From Candidatus Sumerlaeaceae bacterium (GTDB lineage: Bacteria > Sumerlaeota > Sumerlaeia > Sumerlaeales > Sumerlaeaceae): DNA of 64,000 nt. The stretch is from assembly GCA_049968255.1 (NCBI GenBank), contig JBMFRB010000001.1, positions 160,001-224,000 on the forward strand, in the 5' to 3' direction. The notes beneath the pieces were generated by a model, which ran no database searches, was not told where the DNA came from, and worked only from the letters and a program-made list of their open reading frames with translations. Below are positions 55,822 to 64,000 of the stretch, one piece after another (positions within the stretch are counted from its first letter, which is position 1; every line of letters begins with the position of its first letter). The position numbers and the translations under genes were made by a program.

Positions 55822-57339
55822 CTATGGTTTGGGCACGAGTATGAAAAAGGTTGGTTCGCCTTCCGATGCGAACATTTCAGGAAACTCGCGCTCCAGCCTG
55901 TAGTGTTTGTCGATGGCTTCGAGCACCCGTATCGGCCAGCGTGCTCCTGCCTGGTTGGTGATTTGGACGGCGCCAAATTCGCGCGCCTCAACTTGCTTAG
56001 CCAGCTTGTCGGCTGGGCGCACACCAGCGACGTCCAGGATGCGATCGATGTAAGGCACCGCGGGAGGGTCCGACCCTGCGCGGAGACCAAACCCGATGAA
56101 TTCGGTGAGGAGGGGTTTGGACGATTGAGCCAGCAGTTGCGCCACTTCTTGAGCGCGGCGAAATTGGTCCGGTGTGGGATAGCGGGGAGGAATGAGCACC
56201 TCGAACACCAGAATCCCTATCGCGAGAGCTAAGAGAGCAGCACTTCGCCGGAAAGTTGGCGTGGTTGTCAGTGATCCTAGGCCAAACGCTGCGAGGCCGC
56301 ATAGCGCCCACGTGACATCAAAAAAATAATTTACGTCTGCGCCATCCTGGGCTGCAAGCAAGATCAATGGAAAGCTTGCGAGAGTCGCCCACAGAAAAAG
56401 CTGACCAACACGATCACGCCTTGCTGCTCGCATCCCCAGTATAGAAAGGACAAGAAGAACAACGTTAGCGAAGAGAAAGCCAACCAGCCAAGGCCAGAGG
56501 AAGGCCAAGCTTAGTTGGCGGCGAACATCCCAGAACACATTGGCGAAGAAATGGCGTCCCAGGATTGCAGCGACAATAAGATAACAACATAACGTCGCAA
56601 AAAGCCATGCGAAAATAAAACTGAGGGAACGCAAACGCCTTTGCCTCCACCAGAACGCTGATAGGGCGAGGGCTGACGTGAACATCGTTTGTTTGGTGCT
56701 CATCGCCATAGCCGATAGTAGGGCTGCTGCCGCGACTTTGCCAACAACAGTGGGCAAGCTTACAGCCGCTAAAAGACTGATGCTCTCGAGCATGCGCCCA
56801 AGAGAATCGACGCGTCCCATGGCTGCAAAGGTGCGGATGAAGGGATTAGTGAGCCAGAGGAGGGCTGCGGCCATCGCCCAAGGCCAAGACAGCTGAGTCC
56901 GGCGCAATAAGGCCACTAGGCATGCTGCAGAAAGAAGATGCGACAGTTGTGAGAGAAGGCGGGGCCACAAAAAATTGAGCGTGGGCCACAGACTCACGAG
57001 CCAAGCGAAAAGCGGAGGATATGGCGAAATCCAAACACCTTGCGCCGCGGGCGCATAGATTGTCTCTCCTCGCGCAAGACGAATGGCATCGAATAGCACC
57101 CCGCCTTCGCCAAAATTGGCTTCGTAGGGATAGCGCACGATCATGAAATTTGCGTAGACGGTGCGGACTGTTGCAAAAACGAGAACCGCAAGAAAGCACC
57201 ATGCGGAAAAGCGAGGCACCCAAAGCGCAGACTCAGAAGTCGAGGGCTTGTCCTCAAGTTGGAGATTTTTGCTGGATAGGGGTTTAGACTTGGCCGGCCT
57301 TTGCGATGAATAACGCGACTTTTTCCGCGCGCTTCCCAT
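55822..57339 (-). CDS. GT-C (ArnT/PMT-like) membrane glycosyltransferase
   Basis: YPYEANFGEG after TM1, YPPLF, GRVD, TKQT, NYF; about 11 TMs. Confidence 0.7.
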   Translation of the reverse strand: MGSARKKSRYSSQRPAKSKPLSSKNLQLEDKPSTSESALWVPRFSAWCFLAVLVFATVRTVYANFMIVRYPYEANFGEGGVLFDAIRLARGETIYAPAAQGVWISPYPPLFAWLVSLWPTLNFLWPRLLSQLSHLLSAACLVALLRRTQLSWPWAMAAALLWLTNPFIRTFAAMGRVDSLGRMLESISLLAAVSLPTVVGKVAAAALLSAMAMSTKQTMFTSALALSAFWWRQRRLRSLSFIFAWLFATLCCYLIVAAILGRHFFANVFWDVRRQLSLAFLWPWLVGFLFANVVLLVLSILGMRAARRDRVGQLFLWATLASFPLILLAAQDGADVNYFFDVTWALCGLAAFGLGSLTTTPTFRRSAALLALAIGILVFEVLIPPRYPTPDQFRRAQEVAQLLAQSSKPLLTEFIGFGLRAGSDPPAVPYIDRILDVAGVRPADKLAKQVEAREFGAVQITNQAGARWPIRVLEAIDKHYRLEREFPEMFASEGEPTFFILVPKP

Positions 57340-57340
57340 C

Positions 57341-57976
57341 TCAGCACCCGGTGAGAAAAGGATTCGTCACGCGCTCATGCCCCACTGTTGTCTTGGGCCC
57401 ATGCCCAGGAAAGAGAACCACTTCGTCCGGCATTGTAAGAATCCGTTCCCAGAGTGAGCGAAAAAGCGCTTGAGCATCGCTTCCAGGCAAATCGTAGCGC
57501 CCGATAGCTCCGCGGAAAATGAGGTCCCCACAAAAAGCACGACCATTCACTTCGTCATAAAAAGTCACACTGCCCGGACTGTGCCCCGGGGTGTGGATCA
57601 CAGAGAGCGTTGTTGGCCCCATGCTGATCACGTCGCCATCTTCGAGCAAGCGATCGGGCATAATTGGCTCAACGTCCAAACCAAATATCACCGCACCGCC
57701 CCCATAACGTGGCCCCACCAAGTCAGCATCGCCACTGTGGATAGCAATGGGAATATCCCATCGGCGTTTGAGCTCTGCAGCACCCCCGAAATGGTCAAAA
57801 TGTCCGTGCGTCAACAAAATCATTTGCGGCTGGAGCGACTGCACTTCTACGAATTCAATGAGATTCTCCGACGCCTCGCCGGGATCGATGAGCACACATT
57901 CGCCAGAGGAATCGACCAGAACATAGCAATTTTCTTCGAATGGCGTGAGAACAAAAGTTTGCGGCTCGTAGCTCAT
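57341..57976 (-). CDS. MBL-fold metallo-hydrolase (glyoxalase II/YcbL-like)
   Basis: THGHFDH, HTPGHSPG, GDLIF, PGHG, NPF. Confidence 0.93.
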   Translation of the reverse strand: MSYEPQTFVLTPFEENCYVLVDSSGECVLIDPGEASENLIEFVEVQSLQPQMILLTHGHFDHFGGAAELKRRWDIPIAIHSGDADLVGPRYGGGAVIFGLDVEPIMPDRLLEDGDVISMGPTTLSVIHTPGHSPGSVTFYDEVNGRAFCGDLIFRGAIGRYDLPGSDAQALFRSLWERILTMPDEVVLFPGHGPKTTVGHERVTNPFLTGC

Positions 57977-57995
57977 AGGGCGCCCGATATCCTTC

Positions 57996-58829
57996 TTAGA
58001 GTTCGTCTGCGAAATGCCGACTCATTCGGCGAAAGAGATACGCACCGGGAATAAGCAAGAGCAAGCTGAGAAGCCCAGCGAGGAAAAGATATAGCAGGAT
58101 TTCGCTCGTCGAAAGTTCGGCCGTGGCGCCCGAGTACAGGAGTGCATGGCGCCCCGCAACGACCGGCGCAGCAACAGGGTTGAGCATGTACAGGACAAAC
58201 AGGCGATCGAGGCCGCCATGCTGCAGGCGTTCGCGCACCATCCAGACGGGGTAAAGCACTGGCGTGACGTAGAACCATGCCATGGTCAGAAGCTCGAGCA
58301 AACTGCCCACATCGCGGAAGTAAACCTGGAGCGCAGAGGTGTAGAGCGATACAGCGAGAACGAACAGTGCCAGCACCCCAACAGCCACCGGCAGCATGAC
58401 AATCTGCCACGAAATGTGACCGGTGACAAACACTGCGATGACAAGAGCAACTGCCATCGCTAAAACGAAGTGTACGCCGTTGGAAAGAATTGCGGAAATC
58501 GGAAACACTTCCGCATCGAGAGGAACCTTCTTGATAAGGTTTGCGTTTGCCACGACGGAATGGGTCGCCTCGACGATCGAGCCGACAAAAAAGTTCCAGA
58601 CAAGCACCGACACTAACATGTGCAACCAATACGGGACGGATTGGCTCGGCGGCGGAAGGCGAAGAATTTTTGAGAAAACCACCCAAAGGATGAGCGTGAG
58701 GAATGCGGGGCGGAACAGCGACCAGAAAAAACCGAAAACGGAATCTTTGTAGCGAGCTTTCAGGTCGCGCTTGGCAAGGCTCAAGATAAGCTCGATCTGC
58801 TGACGCCAAGGGCGCGTGAGAGTGATCAT
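57996..58829 (-). CDS. wzm: Polysaccharide ABC-2 permease (Wzm/RfbA/TagG)
   Basis: RDLKARYKDSVFGFFWS, NLIKKV, YFRD, FYVTPVLYP, LNP, FADEL. Confidence 0.92.
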   Translation of the reverse strand: MITLTRPWRQQIELILSLAKRDLKARYKDSVFGFFWSLFRPAFLTLILWVVFSKILRLPPPSQSVPYWLHMLVSVLVWNFFVGSIVEATHSVVANANLIKKVPLDAEVFPISAILSNGVHFVLAMAVALVIAVFVTGHISWQIVMLPVAVGVLALFVLAVSLYTSALQVYFRDVGSLLELLTMAWFYVTPVLYPVWMVRERLQHGGLDRLFVLYMLNPVAAPVVAGRHALLYSGATAELSTSEILLYLFLAGLLSLLLLIPGAYLFRRMSRHFADEL

Positions 58830-60052
58830 TGTGAGTTGCCTCCGCTGCACTGGGCGATGAGCTGGTGGTCCTGATCGCGCAGAGCCACGCCAAGCTCGGC
58901 ATAAAGTTTCAAAATGCGTGCGATATTGCAGTCCCAGGAATAGTGCCGAAGGACACGCTCGCGTGCTCTTTCCCCCAATTGTGAAGCTAAGAGTGGATCA
59001 TTGAGCACCCGCTGCAATTTCTCGATCATGTCGCGCGCGTTGCCGCGCTCGAACAGAAGTGCCCCAACCCCATCGCCGCCTACTGCTTCTGTGATTGCTG
59101 GTACGGAAGCGGCAACGACAGGGCGCGCTGTCGCTGCCATCTCAAAATACTTAGTGGGACTGGACCAATCTTGCGTGTCAGGGATAATACAGACCTCCAT
59201 GCCCGCAAGTAGCGAAGGGATCTCTTCGTGAGGAACACTGCCGAGGAAGCGAAGTTGGTCGCCAACTCCCAATTCCCACGCCTTGCGACGTAGCGATGAG
59301 ACTTTTTCGGGTTCCCCACCGACGACAACAAAACAGATAGGTAAGCAGCGGTCGCGTGCAACTGCGGCGGCATCGAAAAGCAAATCTATACCATGCCAAC
59401 GTGTGAGTGTGCCCGTATATCCCACAATGCGCTTCCCGTGAATGCCGAATTTCCGCCAATCAGCAGGGGGCACCGCAGAATGAAATTGCTCGGGGTCAAC
59501 GCCAACAGGGGAAACGATAATGTGTTCGATGGCGCCTCCAAGGAGCTTTACTTGTTGGCATATCCTCTCTCTAAGCAGCTGCGACACGCAGATGATAGCG
59601 CGTTCACGTGCCCAAATGTTGCGCTCGGCATGCGCTGCCCAGCCAGGAAATCTGAGGCGATGCTTCATTTCTTCGGAAAGAATGCTATTGACCTCAAGGA
59701 TCCGAGGCAGACCCGAGACGCTACAGAGGCGTTGACCTGCTTGCTGGTAAAGCGCATAGCGCTCGTATACAGCGTCGGGGCGGAATTGCCGAATCAGTTG
59801 GGAGAGAAGACGTCCGATTTTTTTGTCGAGAAGCACATAGCGCAGGTCTACTCCCAACCATTTCGCTCGCAACGGTTCAATGGTAACGACTTCGAAATTT
59901 TGCGGTTCACACTGCCCCAGGCAAGGGGTCACAAGAAGAACTTCGTGCCCACGTCTGGCCAATTGGCGGCATGTCTCGCGGATATGAGTGGAGGCGCCTT
60001 TGCGTCCGCCCACTTCGATCCCGAGGTCTCCGCTTATGTAAAGAATGCGCAT
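58826..60052 (-). CDS. Glycosyltransferase family 4
   Basis: GASTHI, YERY, LEVN, GYTGTLTRWHG, SPTKYFEMAA..RPVV. Confidence 0.9.
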   Translation of the reverse strand: MRILYISGDLGIEVGGRKGASTHIRETCRQLARRGHEVLLVTPCLGQCEPQNFEVVTIEPLRAKWLGVDLRYVLLDKKIGRLLSQLIRQFRPDAVYERYALYQQAGQRLCSVSGLPRILEVNSILSEEMKHRLRFPGWAAHAERNIWARERAIICVSQLLRERICQQVKLLGGAIEHIIVSPVGVDPEQFHSAVPPADWRKFGIHGKRIVGYTGTLTRWHGIDLLFDAAAVARDRCLPICFVVVGGEPEKVSSLRRKAWELGVGDQLRFLGSVPHEEIPSLLAGMEVCIIPDTQDWSSPTKYFEMAATARPVVAASVPAITEAVGGDGVGALLFERGNARDMIEKLQRVLNDPLLASQLGERARERVLRHYSWDCNIARILKLYAELGVALRDQDHQLIAQCSGGNSQ

Positions 60053-60113
60053 CGTTTGATCTGCGGCTGCTTAGATAACTTTTTCGTTCAGAATTTGCAC
60101 CGGCCTCACGAAC

Positions 60114-60776
60114 TCAGCCTGCCTCGCCGGGCCGTATGTAAGGCGAGGCAATGTAATCCCATGGGCAAGTGAGCTCGTCAATGCTGCGGACAATCCGTGC
60201 GGGGTTTCCTGCAACAACGACTCGCGGCGGTACATCGCGCGTCACGACGGCACCAGCAGCCACAAGTGCCATTTCGCCAACCGTTACGGAAGGGAGCACG
60301 GTGGCACCTGCGCCGATTTTTGCACCGCGGCGGATCGTGGGACCTTTAATGCATTTAGGAACTTCGGGGCACAGCGGATGGAGGACGTTTGTGAAAACAA
60401 CATGGGGGCCAATCCAGCTTTGATCTTCGAGCACGGAATATTCCGGAATGAACGCACTCGAGTGAATGCGCACGTGATGGCCAATCTTGACGTGATGTTC
60501 GATCACACTGTGCGAGCCAATGCTTACGTTGTCGCCTATTTCGTTTTCTTCCCGGAGGAGAACACCGTGGCCCGTCGCAAAACATTCTCCGATGCAGTTG
60601 CCTGCGTAGATGACCGTGTGAGAGCGGATGAGCGCGCCGCTGCCAATGCGCGTTTGCAGTTCGCCCTCTCTGGCGCCTTTTGGCGGATGCCCAATAATCA
60701 CAAAGTCCTCGATCGTGCAGTCGTCTCCGAGGATGACATTCGGGTAAAGGCGAACCGTGTCGGCGCGCTGGGCCAT
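60114..60776 (-). CDS. Hexapeptide-repeat sugar N-acyltransferase (WbpD-like)
   Basis: Left-handed beta-helix repeats, IGPHVVFTN, AGAVVTRDVP...AGNPAR. RBS GAGGAG before ATG 60776. Confidence 0.88.
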   Translation of the reverse strand: MAQRADTVRLYPNVILGDDCTIEDFVIIGHPPKGAREGELQTRIGSGALIRSHTVIYAGNCIGECFATGHGVLLREENEIGDNVSIGSHSVIEHHVKIGHHVRIHSSAFIPEYSVLEDQSWIGPHVVFTNVLHPLCPEVPKCIKGPTIRRGAKIGAGATVLPSVTVGEMALVAAGAVVTRDVPPRVVVAGNPARIVRSIDELTCPWDYIASPYIRPGEAG

Positions 60777-60892
60777 GCGGTCGAACTCCTCTCTCGTTGT
60801 GATGGCGTTAGCCTTGCGCGAAATCGTTGCGCGTGTTTGTGTTGTATGCCTAAAAACGCAATGAAATTCCCTTCGTTTGTTGAGGGACACTC

Positions 60893-61876
60893 ATGGAGCA
60901 AACTCAACAGCCATTTCGCGGCAGAATCGCGGTCATTGGCGCGGGCGCGCTCGGCATCTTTTATGGCGCGAAGCTTTTTCGCGTCGGCTTTGATGTGCAT
61001 TTTTACGTGCGAACTGGCTATGAAATTGTTCGAGACAATGGCTATCGTATCCGATCTTGTGACGGCGATTTTGAGATCCATCCTCCCGTATACGACAACC
61101 CAGCAAAGATCGGCGTGTGCGACCTTGTTTTGGTTGGGCTGAAGAGTTTCGCAAACGAACATCTAGCCTGGTTGCTTGGGCCGCTGTGCACAGCTCGGAC
61201 GATTGTGCTCACACTCCAGAATGGCCTTGGCAACGAAGAGGCCATTGCTGCCGCACTCACTGCAACAGGTGTGTGCCCGGATGTTGCGACCGCTAGGCAG
61301 CAAATCATTGGAGGCACGGCCTTTCTTTGTTCAAACAGAGTAGCGACCAACGAGATTCATCACACAGCGCATGGCTTTGTCCGCCTTGCTGAATTTAGTG
61401 GTCCGCCACGTGCGCGAACCCATGCCGTCGCCGCAATGTTTTGCGCGAGCGGGATTGACTGCCAGGTGCGTGAGTCGCTCTCGGGCATCCGATGGGAAAA
61501 ACTCGTATGGAACATCCCGTTCAATGGTCTTGGCGTGGCAGCTCACCACGCAGACACTGCGGCGATTCTTGGGGACGACGAACTTCGCCACGTGGCCGTT
61601 GCACTTATGCAGGAAGTGGTTGCTGCTGCAAGAGCTGACAACGTGGAGATCGATCCAAGCCTTGCAGCGGACCTTCTGGCCAAAACCGAAAGCATGGGCG
61701 CTTACAGAAGCTCGATGCAGATCGATTACGAAGAGGGGCGGCAGCTCGAAGTGGAGGCAATTTTGGGCGAACCAGTACGGCGCGCCAGGCGAGCTGGCAT
61801 TGCTGTCCCGAAGATGGAAATGCTTTACGCCATTGTGCGTCGGATGGATGCCCAGCGCAGACGTCATCTCTCATAA
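60893..61876 (+). CDS. panE: 2-dehydropantoate 2-reductase family protein
   Basis: GAGALG, LQNGLGNE, WEKLVWNIPFN, SSMQID, LEVEAI. Confidence 0.88.
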   Translation: MEQTQQPFRGRIAVIGAGALGIFYGAKLFRVGFDVHFYVRTGYEIVRDNGYRIRSCDGDFEIHPPVYDNPAKIGVCDLVLVGLKSFANEHLAWLLGPLCTARTIVLTLQNGLGNEEAIAAALTATGVCPDVATARQQIIGGTAFLCSNRVATNEIHHTAHGFVRLAEFSGPPRARTHAVAAMFCASGIDCQVRESLSGIRWEKLVWNIPFNGLGVAAHHADTAAILGDDELRHVAVALMQEVVAAARADNVEIDPSLAADLLAKTESMGAYRSSMQIDYEEGRQLEVEAILGEPVRRARRAGIAVPKMEMLYAIVRRMDAQRRRHLS

Positions 61877-62034
61877 CAGAATCTGGGACGCCTGAAAAGA
61901 GAAGCGCCAAGACACAGAGCGTCAAGGGGGGCCAAGCTGGGTTTTTTAGACAAGAAATGCAGGGTGCATTGTCTAGGTTCTCTGCATCTTGGCGCGCAAA
62001 ATAATCGCGAAAATTCGCGCCGCAGTTTCAAGAG

Positions 62035-62084
62035 AAAAAAAATAAGAAAAAGCATCTCCGTACCGTAAGAGCACGGAGATGCTT
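62035..62084 (-). terminator. Intrinsic terminator of the riboswitch-controlled gene
   Basis: 12-bp stem AAGCATCTCCGT/ACGGAGATGCTT (62050-62084) followed by a long T-rich tract on the minus strand. Confidence 0.85.
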
Positions 62085-62092
62085 GAAATGAC

Positions 62093-63199
62093 CTAGTATA
62101 GGGCCCATTCATCAACCGCAGCGGGCGGAGTTGTCGGCTCGAGCCAGAGCAAATTTGTGGCGGCATTCCAGGAAGCGGTCCATCCGCCGACGTACAGACG
62201 TGCCCGCGGAGGCGCGGCGTTAGCTGCAAAGGTTCGAGTTGGTTCATCGAAGCGGCAACAGGAGAGATACGATGCATTGGTCGTCGCAAAAGTGGTCGGC
62301 GTTGCCGTGCCACTCAGTAGATTTGCCGGCAGGGCAAATTTGCGGATACTACCCGAGGATTCAGTGAAATACACATCATTTTCCGCCGACACACTGAGAT
62401 CGCTGAGGCCAGCTGCAAGTGAAGATTGGTCGACGAGAATGTGGCTTTCCCCCGGCTCAATCATCTCGTTCGAGTTCAAATTAACGAGCGCATAGATGCG
62501 TCCGGAAGAAGTGAAAGTGAAGAAATCGAAGAGACTTTCGCCCATGATGACATGACCTGCCGTGTCGAAAGCCATACCCCCATTGAATTGAAATCCCGAG
62601 AAGAATGCGCCGCCGCTGGGACGATAGGCAGGAGCACTCAAGGGATTCTCGACCACCAGCAACTCCGAACTGGTCTGGCCGTCGGCGGTTTGGACGACTA
62701 ACGATCCCGCCGGAATTGCTGCCGCGTTGCTGGGCGGAGCGATAACCACCTGAGCTCCGGTGAAGTCCCCCCCGTCCGCAAGGATTGGCGCAATGAGCTG
62801 TGTGACTTCGCCAGGATCGAGGAAATCGCCATCGGCGTTGGCATCCTGTGCCCGAAGAATAGTGTCGGACCCTGCGTTTTCAGTGATCGCAAGATCACCG
62901 TTAGCAAAAACGGCAATGCCGCCAATGGAGCTAAAACCTGTGGCAACAGTAGTGGTCGTTTGAGCAACTGTGTCGAGCAGCACAATTTGCTCGTTTCCAT
63001 AGGACCCCACAGCCACATAGAGTTTTGTTGGGTCTGACGGTGAGGCAGCGAGTGCACCGGCAAAGGGGGCACCGACCTCGATCGAACCGCTTGTGTAACC
63101 AGCCGGAACGCTCGAGAAGTTGATCTGGTCGGCCGCGCAAAGACTAACCAGGGAAAATGTAACGCCAGCTATCGCTGGCTTGAGCAGTTTGCTCCACAT
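62093..63199 (-). CDS. Secreted beta-propeller-like protein with EF-hand-like loops and C-terminal 'AAVDEWALY' tail
   Basis: Signal peptide MWSKLLKPAIAGVTFSLVSLCAA; blade-like repeats (GGIAVFANGDLAITE, GGMAFDTAGHVIMGE, SDLSVSAENDVYFTE). The ORF-track start at 63421 lies in the riboswitch leader. Confidence 0.8.
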   Translation of the reverse strand: MWSKLLKPAIAGVTFSLVSLCAADQINFSSVPAGYTSGSIEVGAPFAGALAASPSDPTKLYVAVGSYGNEQIVLLDTVAQTTTTVATGFSSIGGIAVFANGDLAITENAGSDTILRAQDANADGDFLDPGEVTQLIAPILADGGDFTGAQVVIAPPSNAAAIPAGSLVVQTADGQTSSELLVVENPLSAPAYRPSGGAFFSGFQFNGGMAFDTAGHVIMGESLFDFFTFTSSGRIYALVNLNSNEMIEPGESHILVDQSSLAAGLSDLSVSAENDVYFTESSGSIRKFALPANLLSGTATPTTFATTNASYLSCCRFDEPTRTFAANAAPPRARLYVGGWTASWNAATNLLWLEPTTPPAAVDEWALY

Positions 63200-63423
63200 A
63201 GCAATAACCCTTCCGTTTGAGATGTTTTTGGACCTGACACCGAGGTCCGATGTGTTGTGGGAGAGATTTCCCAATGCGGAGGACGCTGGACTAAGGCATG
63301 TGACGCTCTCAATCCTGCCAGTGAGACGCCTCGTTCGTCCGCAGCCGAACGAAGCCGCAAAGATGCATGTTGCAACACCTCCTTTCCCTTGCGACCGAAG
63401 GGTGGATCGCTTTTTTCTCATGG

Positions 63424-63596
63424 AGCAGGTCTTCTGACTCGCGGATCGACCTACTTTCCCACGCCTTCCCGGCCGAACATTCGTGCGATATTCATGACCA
63501 GTGGCTTGAGTGTGGGATTTCGTCCCCGCTCACAGCGGCGGGCCCGTACCGGATTTTCACCGGTTTCCCTCGCGGCCGAGCGATCTTACTGCTCCG
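63424..63596 (-). ncRNA. Cobalamin (B12) riboswitch
   Basis: Minus strand AGGGAAACCGGTGAAAATCCGGTACGGGCCCGCCGCTGTGA...GCCACTG...GGGAAGG...GAGTCAGAAGACCTGC, all canonical B12-element boxes. Confidence 0.95.
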
Positions 63597-63788
63597 CCGT
63601 CGCTCTTGCGCAGCGGATTGCGCAAAAGCTGCTCTCCATGATTCGCGCATAGCATGTGGGGCAGCTTCTGTAGCAGGCAAGTGTTTTTTCGCTTCCACCG
63701 GATCGACTGGACAATGTGAGTTTGGTATGTTTGAGTGAGCACGAACAGCCAAAAAAAACGGCAGCGGCTTTTGACGCGGGGAGAAATC

Positions 63789-64000
63789 ATGATTAAATTA
63801 GACTATCATCGCACGCCGAATTTTGAACGCCTTCGAAAAGTGCTCTTTTGCCAGGGCGAGCCCGATATGGTTCCCTTTATTGAGCTCGGAATTCATCCCA
63901 TGTTTAAGTCCAAGTTGCTTGGACGTCCGTGCACAACAGTCGCGGACGAGGTTGAATTCGCGAAGATAGCAGGTTACGATTATATCAAGTTACAGCCGAT
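63789..64000 (+). CDS. Probable uroporphyrinogen decarboxylase / MtaA-CmuA family protein (3' partial, not in the ORF track)
   Basis: ATG 63789 after GGGGAG; MIKLDYHRTPNFERLRKVLFCQGEPDMVPFIELGIH...AGYDYI, the typical 'ER...PDxVP' URO-D-family N-terminus; open to the window end. Confidence 0.65.
   Translation, partial: MIKLDYHRTPNFERLRKVLFCQGEPDMVPFIELGIHPMFKSKLLGRPCTTVADEVEFAKIAGYDYIKLQP

Noticed and set aside
57973-58902. 309-aa same-strand alternative-frame ORF
   Set aside because: Overlaps the clear wzm frame; Arg/Ser/Cys-rich composition typical of off-frame translation.
63200-63421. 74-aa N-terminal extension given by the ORF track for 62093..63421
   Set aside because: Lies in the riboswitch leader; the signal peptide begins at Met 63199.

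Overview
A gene-dense window from a diderm, LPS-making bacterium (hldE, kdsA), roughly mid-50s % GC by eye. I found no rRNA, tRNA, CRISPR array, transposase or prophage. Protein style, notably the C-terminal 'AAVDEWALY' tail, resembles what I recall for Candidatus Sumerlaeota (BRC1), but this is unverified inference. Housekeeping genes include an AddA-like helicase-nuclease, rnc, pcrA, secA, plsX, rpmF, dinG, topA, adk, thiG and panE. Stress and transport modules are hcp-hcpR with a Crp/Fnr box, ahpD-ahpC, a polar amino-acid ABC transporter and an RND pump. Envelope-glycan genes are unusually numerous: two kinase-less Wzz-like proteins, two TPR-CBM proteins, a phosphodiester glycosidase, a large O-antigen-ligase/O-OTase-like TPR protein, two GT-C enzymes, two GT4 enzymes and wzm. 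Most interesting leads: (1) a recurring T-[T/S]-x-[T/S]-hydrophobic motif in most exported proteins, a candidate O-glycosylation sequon, with a candidate O-oligosaccharyltransferase in the window; (2) a cobalamin-riboswitch-controlled secreted propeller-like protein ending in a candidate new C-terminal sorting signal, where the riboswitch's strong SD fronts a 19-codon uORF; (3) a TPR/CBM/Wzz glycan-assembly operon; (4) a SecA with an extra inserted small beta domain. All domain calls come from motif recognition by eye, not database searches.
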